Assembly: GCA_951406725.2 (NCBI GenBank)
Contig: OX597841.1
Span: 1,860,001-1,924,000, forward strand
Direction: 5' to 3'
DNA from: Octopus vulgaris
Lineage: Eukaryota
Length of the DNA: 64,000 nucleotides
The translations under genes were made by a program, and so were the position numbers. Positions 38,991-51,259 of this stretch are shown one piece after another (position 1 is the stretch's first letter; each line of letters begins with the position of its first letter). Below the pieces are notes generated by a model. The model searched no databases, was not told the origin of the DNA, and was given only the letters and a program-made list of their open reading frames with translations.

Positions 38991-39120
38991 TTGATGCCCT
39001 AAACATGCGCTTATTTTGCTTAATGGTTAATCCAGTGCTGAGCCAACGGGCAAGTGTCTTCTACTATAGCCCCGGGCCAGCCAAATCTCGAAAGTGGATC
39101 TGGTAAACAGAAGTCTGTCG

Positions 39121-39534
39121 GGATCTTTTCGGTTTGAAAGGCAGTTTTTAACATAATTTCTAGGTAACTGAAAAATTTTAAACTTCGTATACTGGTAGAA
39201 TGTGTTTATAAAACATCTTTTTTCTCTTGGCTTTATTGAGAAGATTCTATAGATTGTAAGATATTTGTTTTTTTCTTCAATTGCTGCAATTTCAACCAAT
39301 CAATGACGTCTTTTTGAGGTGAAAACATTCTGTGCCGTATGAATATGTCCCTCGTTTAAGAAACAGATTGGGTTTATTTACGTTTGTGAAGAAAAAAAAA
39401 AATACCCTTCCCCCACCCCTAAGCCTAACCCTAAAACAGATTAAAATGCAATAGATCGATACTAGGGTCATAATCATGGGTAACAATTTCATATGACACC
39501 GCTAGAAAAACTGCCGTTCAAACCGAAAAGATCC
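39121..39534. mobile_element. MITE with ~28-bp TIRs and 8-bp TSD (Merlin-like), inserted into SINE A (39047-39735)
   Basis: TIRs ggatcttttcggtttgaaaggcagtttt / aaaactgccgttcaaaccgaaaagatcc, with flanks gtctgtcg / gtctgccg. Confidence 0.85.
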
Positions 39535-39959
39535 GTCTGCCGTAAATGTGTGTGTGTGTGTGTCCTGCACCACTGCTTGACAACAGGTACTGGTTTGTTT
39601 ACATCCCCGTACACTAGCTGTTCGGCAAAATAAATAACAGTCTGAAAAATAAGTACTGGGATCGATTCGTTCGACCAAATCCTTCAAGGCGGTGCCCAAG
39701 CATGGCCAAAGTCCAATGATTGAAACAAGTAAAAGCTATTGAACAAAACTACTTTTCGTTTCACCCATTCAGGATAGCCAAGTCATTTTATTACATTCAC
39801 CCAGCTTTGTCGGTTTCATTTTAATCTACATAACGCTTATATGTACCTCAAACGAAAGATCTTGCAAATTTAGTGCATAAAATATATTTCTACGACCGGG
39901 TTCTGACAAATGAATTAAGTCCAAAATTAGCTGCAGTAGTAACTTTGTATTTTACTCTC

Positions 39960-40480
39960 TCACTATATCTCTTTCTATCGTTCTGTCTCTCTCCCTCTCT
40001 CTCTCATAAATATACACACTTTATCTCTCTCTATATCTCTATAGTTCTATCTTTCTCTCTCTCTCATAAATATGCACACTCTTTATCTCTCTCGCTACAT
40101 CCGTATGTCTCTTTCTATCGCTCTATTTCTCTCCCTCTCTCTCTCATAAATATACACACTCTTTATCTCTCTTTCACACTCTCTCTATATCTCTATAGTT
40201 CTACCTTTTCTCTCTCTCTCTCATAAATATGCAGACTCTTTATCTCTCTCGCTACATCCGTATGTCTCTTTCAATCGCTCTATTTCTCTCCCTCTCTCTC
40301 TCATAAATATACACACTCTTTATCTCTCTTTCACACTCTCTCTATATCTCTATAGTTCTACCTTTCTCTCTCTCTCTCTCATAAATATACACACTCTTTA
40401 TCTCTCTCGCTACATCCGTATGTCTCTTTCTATCGCTCTATCTGCCCCTCTCATAAATACACTCTCTATCTATATCTCTA
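39960..40480. repeat. CT-rich minisatellite with two alternating unit types
   Basis: The anchor ctctcataaatat(a/g)cacactctttatctctct alternates with cgctacatccgtatgtc and ctatatctctatagttcta variants. Confidence 0.85.
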
Positions 40481-41819
40481 TCGTTCTCTCTCTCTTTCTC
40501 CATGTATAATATGGTAGCTATTTCCCGGCACTTCATTCTTGAACGATTTCATTAACTCTCTGCTTCGCGGTGCTATCCTATCTAAATCTATTTTGTTAAC
40601 CCCATACCAAAAGCTATCATCTTGTAAGTATCTTTCATATATCTCATCTAACACAAACACTTGGCTGTTTTGTGGTGGGGTTTTTTAGCTACAAATATTA
40701 AAGCATTTAACAATATTATTAGGGCAACCAGCTTTGATGTTGAAATCCATAACATAAAATAACGAGGAAAACTTTCAGCTATAATTTAATCGCAGGGAAA
40801 AATACAAACCAGTCAGCTTATCCAGTAATCGAACTATTAACTTATTAACGAAATGTAATTAACCATTAGCGATATATTTACATGTATCATAATGTTCCAG
40901 TCTCTGCTTAAAATTAGAACAAAGTGACTGGGTTTAATTGCTTTGTTCTGAACAAACTTAGCTTCCTCGTGTTATTTATTCTTTTTCCTTTTACTTATTA
41001 ATCTATGCACACGAATAATATGAATTTTCGATGTCAATTAAAATGGATTGTAAACAGTTAACAGTGTTGTATAGTTTGTAATGAAATGAAATGAAATATT
41101 TAATCCTGAAGGTGGTGGAACATCGACCCTGAAACATATAGGTCGCCTTGTCTTAGCCACAAACATTAACGTTCACCTTAACGAAAGGTAATTTCATACA
41201 TACGAAATAATGAAATTTAGCTCAAGTAATTAAAAACATAATGAGTGAGTGATGGTTTTTTAAACATGTTGCCCTCAACTAAGAAACATAAATCTATGAA
41301 TCTGCACACACCCATATAATATATATATATATATATATATGTATGTATATATATATATATGCATGCATGTACATATATATAGAGAGAGGGGGGCGGAATT
41401 TTCTTTATGCATGGCATATAACCTCTTATAACTCTTATTTTTTGGAATTTTCAGAAAATGCTTGCGAATTTGTGTTCTACACACGGGATATTCTACTACT
41501 ATGCAAAAACAAAAAAAAAAATCAAATTTTCGAACTTTTTTATTATTTATTTAATAACAGTTTTACGGACAGTCGGAATTGTTTAATTAAATCCCAGCAA
41601 CTGACCATTAAGTGTGTTTAAAGCGAGAAAAATATTGAAAAACGATCCTACATCAGTGACAAAGACGGTATGAGATGGTCATGAGACGTGCTAATAACAG
41701 CTAAATATCCATTAAATCTCTCAATTTTGGTTTTGCATAGTCGTATTATTTCCCATGTGTCGAACACAAATTCGCAAAAAATTTCTGAAACTTCCAGTAT
41801 ATATATATATATATACACA

Positions 41820-41980
41820 ATTAATTATATGACCGGTCATTGAGTGACCAATTGTTTCGCATCCATAAAAGCGCTTAGCCTAAAAGACGACTCTTCAGAC
41901 TCCAATGGCCGCGTCTGTGAGTCTAAGCGCTTTATGGATGCGAAACCAATGGTCACTATATGACCGACCATATAATTAAC
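41820..41980. repeat. Inverted repeat with ~60-bp imperfect arms next to (TA)n
   Basis: ttaattatatgaccggtcat...ttcgcatccataaaagcgcttag pairs with ctaagcgctttatggatgcgaa...atgaccgaccatataattaa. Confidence 0.85.
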
Positions 41981-42054
41981 TACCTATAAATATTACGTTT
42001 ATGTACTTGTTTTGCAAGGTACCTTGATGTAAAATCATGTGTTGAAGCGGATAT

Positions 42055-42620
42055 TATTATATTTCAGGATGGTCGTTTGGGTTTTTTTTTTGCCAAATAA
42101 ACGTGCACTTATATATACTCGTTCTCCACTTCAGATTTATTTTATTAATTTTCTTATTTTATGTCATTTCGTCACGCTTCCTGTGACCTCTTCAGCGACT
42201 CTCCACCCCACGTAACTTCTATTCTGTTTAGTCCACTATGGCAGTGGTTTTCAACCAGGGTTCCGCCAGTACAGTCCAGGGGTTCTGCAAGAAGTTAAAA
42301 AACTGCTAAAATCGGCAGTAATTTTTAATTCTCCTGTGCAGATATGTGTGCATAAGACTATTAAATTATTGTACAGAGGTTCCTTGTGCCAATGGAATGT
42401 TTCCTTGGGGTTCCGCTCCTGCAAAAAGTTTGAAAAGCACTGCGCTATGGATTAAACAGATATGGAAAGTCGCTGAAGAAATGACAGGACGTGTGGCAAA
42501 AGATTTTCAGACTAAGGATAATAAATAAGAACAATAATAAATCTGAAGTGAAGAACAAATATATAATGTGTATGTTTATTTGGCAAAAAGATAAAATGAC
42601 TATCCTGAAATCTAGCAATA
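42055..42620. mobile_element. Palindromic fold-back element carrying a central hAT MITE
   Basis: Arms tttcaggat...tgccaaataaac...cacttcagattt...cttcagcgact / agtcgctgaag...aaatctgaagtg...gtttatttggca...atcctgaaa. Confidence 0.7.
42242..42442. mobile_element. hAT (Charlie-like) MITE
   Basis: TIRs cagtggttttcaa / ttgaaaagcactg with 8-bp TSD cactatgg / cgctatgg. Confidence 0.85.
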
Positions 42621-42734
42621 CCTATAAATACATTACTACTCTAACGTTTAGAGTAGTCGTGTATTTCCTCTGCAGTAAAAACCTGTTCTGGACCCTTCTT
42701 TCATAATTTAACCCTCTTCTAGCATGAAGCTACC

Positions 42735-42938
42735 TCTCTCTTTTACTTGTTTCAGTCATTTGACTGCGGCCATGCTGGAGCACCACCTTTAGTCAAGCAA
42801 ATCGACCCTGGGACTTATTCTTTGTAAGCCCAGTACTTATTCTATTGGTTTCTTTTGCCGAACCGCTAAGTGACGGGGATGTAAACACACCAGCATCGGT
42901 TGTCAAGCAATGCTAGGGGGACAAACACAAGCACACAC

Positions 42939-42970
<32 letters not shown>

Positions 42971-43105
42971 GCATATATACGACAGGCTTCTTTCAGTTTC
43001 CGTTTACCAAATCCACTCACAAGGCATTGGTCGACCCGGGGCTATAGCAGAAGACATTTGCCCAAGATGCTATGCAGTGGGACTGAACCCGTAACCATGT
43101 GGTTG
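42735..43105 (-). mobile_element. SINE family A
   Basis: Reverse complement of the family A consensus. Confidence 0.88.
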
Positions 43106-43954
43106 AAACACATGCACCATTTATTTGATCTTGACTTCAGCTTTATTATTATTATTAGTAGTAGTAGTATTAGTAAGGTGGTAAGCTGACTGAATTGTTA
43201 GCAGGCTGGGTGAAATGCTTAGCGGTATTTCGTCTGCTGCTATGTTCTGAGTTCAAATTCCACTGAGGTTGACTTTGCCTTTCATCCTTTTCAGGGGTCA
43301 ATAAATTAAGTACCAGTAATACACTGGTATCGATGTAATCAACTCTCCCCCTCCCCACCAATTTCAGGCCTTGTGCTTATAGTAGAAAGGATTATTATCA
43401 TTATGTCCGTGTTCTTTCCCACATTCTGTAACCAATGGCTTTCTGTTCCTCATGTCTCCTCTTCTCTCTGGTCTTTTCCTTTCTATTCCACTTTTTCTGT
43501 GTCATTTTGTCACATATATACATGTATACATGCAAGCAGGCACATTTTTTTCTGCAACATCTAACATTTTCATTTCTCTTTTTTTTTTTTTTTATAAATA
43601 TATTTTACAGTTGTGCTAACTGAACAGTCCATTACAACCTCTTGAAGAAGTGTTTCCACTAGAAAGTCTACTTCCAGCCATCTGTTGAGGCTGCAGAGTT
43701 TTCAACCAACACAACATTCATCAATCGCACCAGAATTTCCTCTTATGCAAATAGAAGTCTTCATAGCTATTTTGCGTCATTTAGGAAGAATCCTGACAGC
43801 AACAAGCATTCAAATTGTCCAAAGAAAATATATCTACATTACATTTGTTCTACAATTTGTAAACAGAGGCCTGTGAAATCTGAGACCAGAAACAGAACTG
43901 TTATAGTTTAACTCAAACATTTATCAGGTTTTTAAAACTTCCTCAAGAATTAAT

Positions 43955-45364
43955 ATGGAGAATGTTAATCACTTGGACACTCCAAACACTAATGTTTTTA
44001 ATGACAGAGACACGGACAGAGATGAGAAAGCTGTACCTAGTGAAACATTTATCAAACAAGAACCATTGTACAGGGATATTCCTGAATTTAGCTGTGAGAT
44101 TTGTAAGGAAACTTTCTCTTCAGAACAAGAAGTTTTAACACACAAAGAAATGCATTCTGGAGAAAAACAGTTTCAGTGTGGAATGTGTGAGAAATCTTTC
44201 AGCGAAAATTCTCATCTTGTTATCCACATACGTAGTCACACCAGAGGAAAACCATTTAACTGTCAGATCTGTGAGAAGTCGTTCGGTAGCAGGTCTCATC
44301 TTGCAGCTCATGTACGAATACATACTGGAGCGAAATCATTTTACTGTGATATATGTGGCAAATCTTTTATAACTAACAGCCACTTGAAAAGACATAAGCA
44401 GATACATGGAGGAGATAAACTGCATCAGTGTGAAGTCTGTGGGAAGACATATATTGATAATTCACAGTTGATAATTCATAAACGTAGTCACATTGTAGAA
44501 AAGCCATATCATTGTGATAAATGTAACAAATCTTTTGATAAAAAGATTAATTTAACAGAGCATGAGAGATTTCACACTGGGGAAAAACCATTTCACTGCG
44601 AAATATGTGGGAAATCCTTCGCTAATAATTCTAGTCTTGCTGTTCACAAAAAAGTCCACTCGGGAGAAAAACCATTTCACTGTCAGATCTGTGAGAAATC
44701 CTTCAGTAATAGGTCTTATCTTGCAGTTCATGTGCAAATACATACAGGGGAGAAACCATTTTACTGTGATATATGTGGAAAATCTTTTATTACTAACAGT
44801 CATCTAAAAAGACATAAACAGATACACGGAGAAAATAAACTGCATCAATGTGAACTGTGTGGGAGGAAATATATCGATTATTCACAATTGATCATTCACA
44901 GGCGTAGACACAATGGAGAAAAGCCCTATCATTGTGAAATATGTGAGAAATCTTTTGGTAAAAAGAGTAATTTAACAGAGCATGTCAGAATTCATACAGG
45001 TGAAAGCCCATTTCACTGTGAAATTTGTGGGAAATCTTTTACCAAAAATTCCCATCTTGTAGTTCACGAACGAATTCACACTGGGGAGAAACCTTATCAG
45101 TGTGAAATCTGTGGGAAGGCTTTTGTTTCTAAAAGTGATCTAAACAGACATAAAAAGATTCATACAAGGCAAAAGACATATAAATGTGAAATATGTGATG
45201 AATATTTTGTCTGTAATCGTTATTTAACAAATCACAAACGAATACACGCTGGTGAAAGCATCTTTCATTGTGAAATCTGTGAGAAATCATTTACCACTGA
45301 GAGTCTTTTAAAAAAACACAAACAAATACACTCTGGAGAGAAATCTGTTGAAGAGGAGACTTGA
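43955..45364 (+). CDS. C2H2 zinc-finger protein, 15 fingers
   Basis: [16 protein letters not shown] start and 15 fingers. Close paralog of 30068-31153. Confidence 0.95.
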   Translation: MENVNHLDTPNTNVFNDRDTDRDEKAVPSETFIKQEPLYRDIPEFSCEICKETFSSEQEVLTHKEMHSGEKQFQCGMCEKSFSENSHLVIHIRSHTRGKPFNCQICEKSFGSRSHLAAHVRIHTGAKSFYCDICGKSFITNSHLKRHKQIHGGDKLHQCEVCGKTYIDNSQLIIHKRSHIVEKPYHCDKCNKSFDKKINLTEHERFHTGEKPFHCEICGKSFANNSSLAVHKKVHSGEKPFHCQICEKSFSNRSYLAVHVQIHTGEKPFYCDICGKSFITNSHLKRHKQIHGENKLHQCELCGRKYIDYSQLIIHRRRHNGEKPYHCEICEKSFGKKSNLTEHVRIHTGESPFHCEICGKSFTKNSHLVVHERIHTGEKPYQCEICGKAFVSKSDLNRHKKIHTRQKTYKCEICDEYFVCNRYLTNHKRIHAGESIFHCEICEKSFTTESLLKKHKQIHSGEKSVEEET

Positions 45365-45595
45365 AAAATTGTTCTGTTTATCTTTTACATGCTTCAGTTA
45401 TTAGACTGCTGCCATACTGGAGCAACACCTTCAAGAATCTTAGTTGAACAAATTGACCTCAGTGCTATTTTTTGTTAACCGTGGTACTTATGTTGGTCTC
45501 TTTTTGCTGAACCACTAAGTTATGGGAATATGAACACACCAACACCAATTGTCAAGAAGTGGTGATGGGACAGACAGACATGCACAAACACATGC

Positions 45596-45621
<26 letters not shown>

Positions 45622-45626
<5 letters not shown>

Positions 45627-46628
45627 AAAATGATTTCACAGGGATATGTTTCCTCTTAAATTGGTTATGTACGCTGACCAACCACAGTAAATGTTGATGC
45701 CCAAATTAGCAATAAGTTGCTAGACTCTGGTAATTTTCCTCACTTGGTAAATTCGAGTGTCCTATCCAGTACTGCATAGTTTCCATAAAGTAATAGTATT
45801 AATAATAATCAGGGGAATGAAGATTTTCTGCATCTATAATTTTATTAAACGGTTATTTACAGCATTCTTTTGTGGACCTACATGCATTTCGACTGCACAC
45901 TGTTAGATGTGCATCCTGGTGTTATTGCCAGTATAATATCATCAGAGTCCATTGTTTACTGCCATTCCACGTTAAGCTGGCATGAGAAATGTGAATTGGT
46001 GCTGGACTGATAGACAGCTTTGGGGCTCTGGTTTGCTCTGGCACTCTCTTAGATTGGCCCCAGATGGTGGCCTGAGTATTCCTTTAGCATCTTAGTAGGT
46101 CCAATCCTGGTTGAAAGGCCTTCATTCCTGAGGAAATTCTGCGAAAACAAAAATGGGTCTGCAACAAATCCACAATGCCATACAGCTGCCAGGTGCTGTA
46201 AAACCTGTGGCTATGAGCATGAGGAAGGGTCTCCATGTCAGACCCAACATGCTTCCCAATCATGCCAAGGTGAAGAGCAACCAACTGACTCCTGATCATG
46301 GAATAACAGATCCTGACACCAGTGCCCCATCGTCACTGACCCTACATAGGGACAGGCTGGGCCATTTTGTTCTTGATTATGGTTCCCATTCTCTGGTTCT
46401 TCAAGGCAATCAACTCCATGACAATCGCGCCATGGATCCTGTCACTGATATCGGGATCCCCACACACGTCCCCACCTCACTGAATGAGGACAGTGTGCCT
46501 ACTGGGGATCTTAGAGGAAGTGATGTGACCCTCAGCCCATCAATGGACAACTTCACCCTTGAGATTCCATGCGTATTGATCTTGTTGCTATGCCTACTCT
46601 GCCCTCAACACTTCTTAAGTCCCAGTGT
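45622..46628 (-). mobile_element. Unclassified insertion with a hammerhead-like motif (Penelope-like pLTR candidate)
   Basis: It starts at a (TA)n tract, carries a minus-strand hammerhead core followed by AATAAA (45846-45841), and has a GC-richer body than its flanks. No recognisable protein. Confidence 0.45.
45873..45951 (-). ncRNA. Type I hammerhead ribozyme-like motif
   Basis: Minus strand reads UGGACU CUGAUGA [stem II with two hairpins] C GAAA UGCAUG UA GGUCCA. Stem I is 6 bp and the cleavage triplet is GUA. Confidence 0.6.
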
Positions 46629-46705
46629 TATTTCTGAAAGTGATCTAAACAGACATAAAAAGATTCATACAAAACGAAAGACCTCAAAATATGTAATGAT
46701 TATAA
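46629..46705 (+). pseudogene. Short duplicated ZNF fragment
   Basis: aaagtgatctaaacagacataaaaagattcataca is identical to about 45132-45166 (finger 13 of the 43955 gene). Confidence 0.75.
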
Positions 46706-47659
46706 TGTAATCAACTTGACATAGCCCCTTCCCCAAACATGCTGGCCTTATGTCAAAATTTGAAACCATTACTATTATTTAAGGTAGTGAGCTGGCAGAA
46801 TCGTTAGCATGCCAGGTGAAAAGCTTAGCAGTATTTCGTCTATCTTTACATTCTGAGTTCAAATGCTGCTGGGGTCAATTTTTGCCTTTCCTTTCAGGGT
46901 TGTTAAACTAAGTACCAGTTACACACTGGGGTCGATGTAATTGACTAATCCCCTCCCACCAGATTTCAGGCCTTGTGCCTTTAGTACAAAGGATTATTAT
47001 TACTACTGTGCTCCCTCTCTATAATGCGGGTGACGGGGTCCAAGAAAACCAACCGTGTTCTATCTGGGCAGCGAATTCACAGGTAATGAGGGTGAACAGG
47101 CGATAATAGAAGAAAATGAATTATTTGGTTTGATTAGTAAAGTGCATGAATGAAAAAAAAAGCATGTTTAACATATATTATACAATACCAATAAACTACT
47201 TGCAAAATATGAATTACAGCACTTAAAACAACTTTTAAAAAATATTTACATTGTTTACTTCTGTAAGAAGTTCCTGTTAACTCTAAGGATTTTCAGTAAA
47301 TACTTATGAAATGCTTTTACATTGCAGTTCTGATCTCATACCACTCAGTGAATGATTTGAAAGCTCTGAAAAGTATGTTTAATTAATAAAGTTACATTGT
47401 ATGAAAGTTCATATTTGTTTTTTTATTCAATCACATAAAAAAGTTTGTCAGCTTCCTCTGGCACAGTCCTTTCCTCATCTTAATTGTGTTCTTGGGCAGA
47501 TAGAGGACCTTGATCTGGCCATCTCTGATCTGTAGGAATGTTAAGTTAATTTTTTGGCTCAGAAAGCAAAAAGCAAGGCCATGTAGGGGGGGGGTGTTCA
47601 TGCAAAAAGTTCAGGCCATTTCTGGTCAAGAGAGACTTTGAACCGAGTGGTCGTCTGCA

Positions 47660-47860
47660 TCTTCACTATCTCGTCCGGCAGCTTATTCCAGGGATCCGCA
47701 ACAGGATGTCCCCCTGTGGGTATGCAGAGCAATTATCTAGCAGGAGGGTAGCTTTCTCCAGTAGGCTGAGGCTCCTAACTCTAGAAACAAATGACTTGAA
47801 CCATTCTTCAAATATGGGGCCAGAAAGAAATTTGCCAAAAGACAAGATCATCGTTGGAGC
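47660..47860 (-). mobile_element. pogo/Tigger-like DDE transposase relic
   Basis: FEEWFKSFVSRVR....EKATLLLDNCSAYP resembles the DDE_1 'LLLDNcsaHp' motif. Confidence 0.7.
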
Positions 47861-49179
47861 CTCTTCTGTGCAAAGTCATGATTGGTCAGATTTTGTTGAT
47901 CACATGGCTAAAATTCTAACGAATTGTGATACTGGATGTAGTTATCCGACAGCTGAACATTCCCACTACAAGTCCTATCATACTCTTTCCTGGCACAAAG
48001 CCATCTTCCTAAACATTACTCTCTCATCAGTTGAGTCTTGTTTTGCAAGTTACTTCATAACCTCAATAGTGCTGGTGCAACGTAAAAAGTACCCAGTACA
48101 TTCTGTAAATTGGTTGACATGAGGAAGGGCATCCACCTGTAAAAACCATGTCAGAGCAGACAGTTTGGTGCAGTCTTCTGACTTGCCAGCTCCTGTCAAA
48201 CCATCCAACTCCAGCATGGAAAGCAGATGTGAAGTATTGGTGACAGTACATAAATGTGTGTGCCTTAAGACCAGTCCTGGTGATGAAAAGCACTTGTGGC
48301 GGTGTCACATAAAAGCGCCTGTGCGGTACCATGTAAAAGCACCCAGCACATTCTGTAAGGTGGTTGGCGTTAGAAACCATTACTGGAGTCTGACACAGCT
48401 TGCCAGCTTTGGTCAAGTCACCATGTACGTATGCAGTGGATTCAATCCACCATAGCCAAATTTAAATTAACACTGCAACAGAACTTTTCCCATGATGGAA
48501 CAATGGTTTTTCTCTGATAGCAGTTTTACATTTTCCAGATGCCTCTAGCCAGACCAAAATAATGTCTTTACCACTTGACCCTTTCTAACCTCTTCTACTT
48601 CACCAAAAGCTAGAATAGAGATAACAAGATCACCATCTAAATCTATTGTTCTCAATGATTTGTCTATCCTTCTGGATAGTTATATAAACAAAGAACCCCC
48701 AAGCAAAAACCAGTAGTCACTTGGCAACAACTGAATGAGGCAGCTTGTGACGACTCAATTAGTTGGGGAACGGACTGCTAGAATCATGATCACAAGGAAT
48801 GCCTCTGCTAAAGATAATGGTCAGAGAGAGAAATGAAATTTACTGTCAGCAACTGTGAGACAACGTCCCACACCCTACAACTCTCACTATCTCTAATTCT
48901 GTTCTCTTACAACATCATTCTATCTCTCTCTGTATTTACTACTAAACACTGAAGAGGACACAAACACAGACTTTACTTCGCATGCTTTTGGATTTATCAT
49001 AACCTGCCCATCGAGGTAAGGTATTGTAACATAATGGTAAATAAATATTTCCTTAAAACTTCATGCGTTGTTCATCTTTCGCATCCTACAGAATGCAATT
49101 GTAACAACAAAAACTTTATCATTACAACTGCTGACTCCTCCGACATTTCATCATATTTTTTACAAATCAATCTTACCCG

Positions 49180-49211
<32 letters not shown>

Positions 49212-49215
<4 letters not shown>

Positions 49216-49380
49216 AGAATTCACAAAAAAAACAAAAGACAAAGACAGGTGGTGTAGACAACAAACAGATATATTAGTTTAATGCTCGGGAAGTGAAAAA
49301 GTCTTTACCGTTTTGAGCCTATGCTCTTATACAGAAAGAAACAAAGAGAGAAAATAAAGAATGTGTAGTGGCTAGCAGAG
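49212..49380 (-). mobile_element. Penelope-like terminal fragment at (TA)n with a decayed hammerhead-like core
   Basis: Minus strand ctgtataa-gagc-atag-gctc-aaaacggtaaagac. Related to 53700-53900. Confidence 0.45.
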
Positions 49381-49986
49381 GCTATTACAAAGAATATGGA
49401 GTCTAGTACATCTGCACATTTTCTTATTTTTTTCTAGTCAATTAATTATATAGGATATTTGGTTTAAATTTGTCCGATGTACATTTCTGCTGCAGAGACA
49501 ACTAGCAATTGGTCACCTACAGTAATCTTAGGTGCTCTTTAAAACTCAATGCAGTTAGCCAGAACCTGGATTATAACTGTGTGCTTGTACAGAACCCACC
49601 TGGATATTTTATCCCTATCTATTCATTATAGATAGATAGGTAGGTAGGCAGGCATTGAATTATTTGATAAGAACTCGTTAAAATAGTTATACAATTATCT
49701 TAAATTGTATTAATTTGTCTTATCATTTACATTACAGCAACCACAAAGTTATAAGTATGAGTACGAAAATAAATGTAACGATAACTCTGTATGTCCCTCC
49801 CTATATATATTCAAATATTTCCTCGCGTAACATTGTTGAATAATTTTCTCCAGAAACATTGTTTCACGCCGTTGTTTCATCTAAATTTCTTTAATTAACC
49901 CATACGTTAAGATATAGTCTCGTAAGTATCTTTAATACATCTAACACAAACACTTTAACGGCATTTTACACTTGGTTGCTGTGTTG

Positions 49987-50320
49987 TTAACCTATAAAGC
50001 GATGGGATTTGCACTTGCATAGCATCGACTGCTGGGCACATTTTGTGAAAATGGGACTACTATGCACACATAAAAAGCAAAAAAAAATTGTTAAAATTAT
50101 CTTCTTAGTATATAATGGTAGCAAGTTTTACATCATTTTTCGAAAAGTCACTAGTTGACCTATTAGTCCTCTTGCATTCTGGTGGGGTGTGGGAGCGTTT
50201 GAGTGACATTAGACCCCGACAAACGTCCGAAAATTAAATGCATCGATCTGGGCCACGATCGTGGCCTGTCGACCTATGCCTGGCGGTCACGATCGTGGCC
50301 CATCGCACTTTATGTGTTAA
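49987..50320. mobile_element. piggyBac-like MITE with TTAA TSD
   Basis: ttaa-cctataaagcgatggg ... cccatcgcactttatgtg-ttaa. The paralogous empty site at about 50795-50870 has a single ttaa. Confidence 0.75.
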
Positions 50321-50646
50321 AAATAAAAAACATTAAAATATTTAACAATGTTTATGCTATCAGGACAAGTAAGTTTGACGATGTTGTTCAATCCCTAACG
50401 TAAAGTATGAAATGGGTACCGGATGAAGGGTCTTATTTGGTTTGAGGTTCTGGGTAAAAATAGAAGCCAAGAGGGTGTTGTTAAGTCCCAGGACAGCTCG
50501 GTCGAGCGTTTCAGCTGTGACTGTCACGTTTTCATATACCCAGCGCTTGACTATCGAATGTCTTCTTTTATAAAACAACAGACTGATATTTGACTAAGCA
50601 TTTCACTGCTATTTCTAGTGTGTCGAACGGACATCAGTGACATATA

Positions 50647-50695
<49 letters not shown>

Positions 50696-51038
50696 TTACT
50701 TCAGAAAACATCTAACTCTATTATCCCATCTACATTGCTTTAATTAACTCCATACGTAATGATATCATGAAAATATTCTGGTAAATTTGGGAAGACAAAC
50801 ACTTTAGCGGCATTTTACACTTCATTGTTGTTTTGTTTTAACTACAAACAAACATTAAAATATTTTTGTAATGTTAATGTTACATCTACAGACATTCACA
50901 TAGATTACATATATAGAGACAGCAATGTATAATCATAGACAATATAAGGATTGATTATATCTATTCACATCTATATAAACTGATATAGATATTGTCATAG
51001 ATTTCATAACGATCTATATCTACATTCATCTATAAACA

Positions 51039-51259
51039 TACGAGGGAGTACTGAAAATTCCCTGGCTTTAAGGGTGTCTCGAAAGGCCTGGTTGGAAGCC
51101 CAACCTTCCAAGAACTTTTACAGGGCTTAGAAAAACTGAAGGACTGCTGCAATAAGTGTCTGAATCTGAGAGGGGAATATGTTGAGTAAAATCGTAATTA
51201 ACTGATCATCCTATATTTTCTTTTACCTAAAGCCAGGAATTTTTTAGCACTCCCTTGTA
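51039..51259. mobile_element. mariner-type MITE, TA TSD
   Basis: ta-cgagggagtactgaaaattccctggcttta ... taaagccaggaattttttagcactcccttg-ta. Confidence 0.85.
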
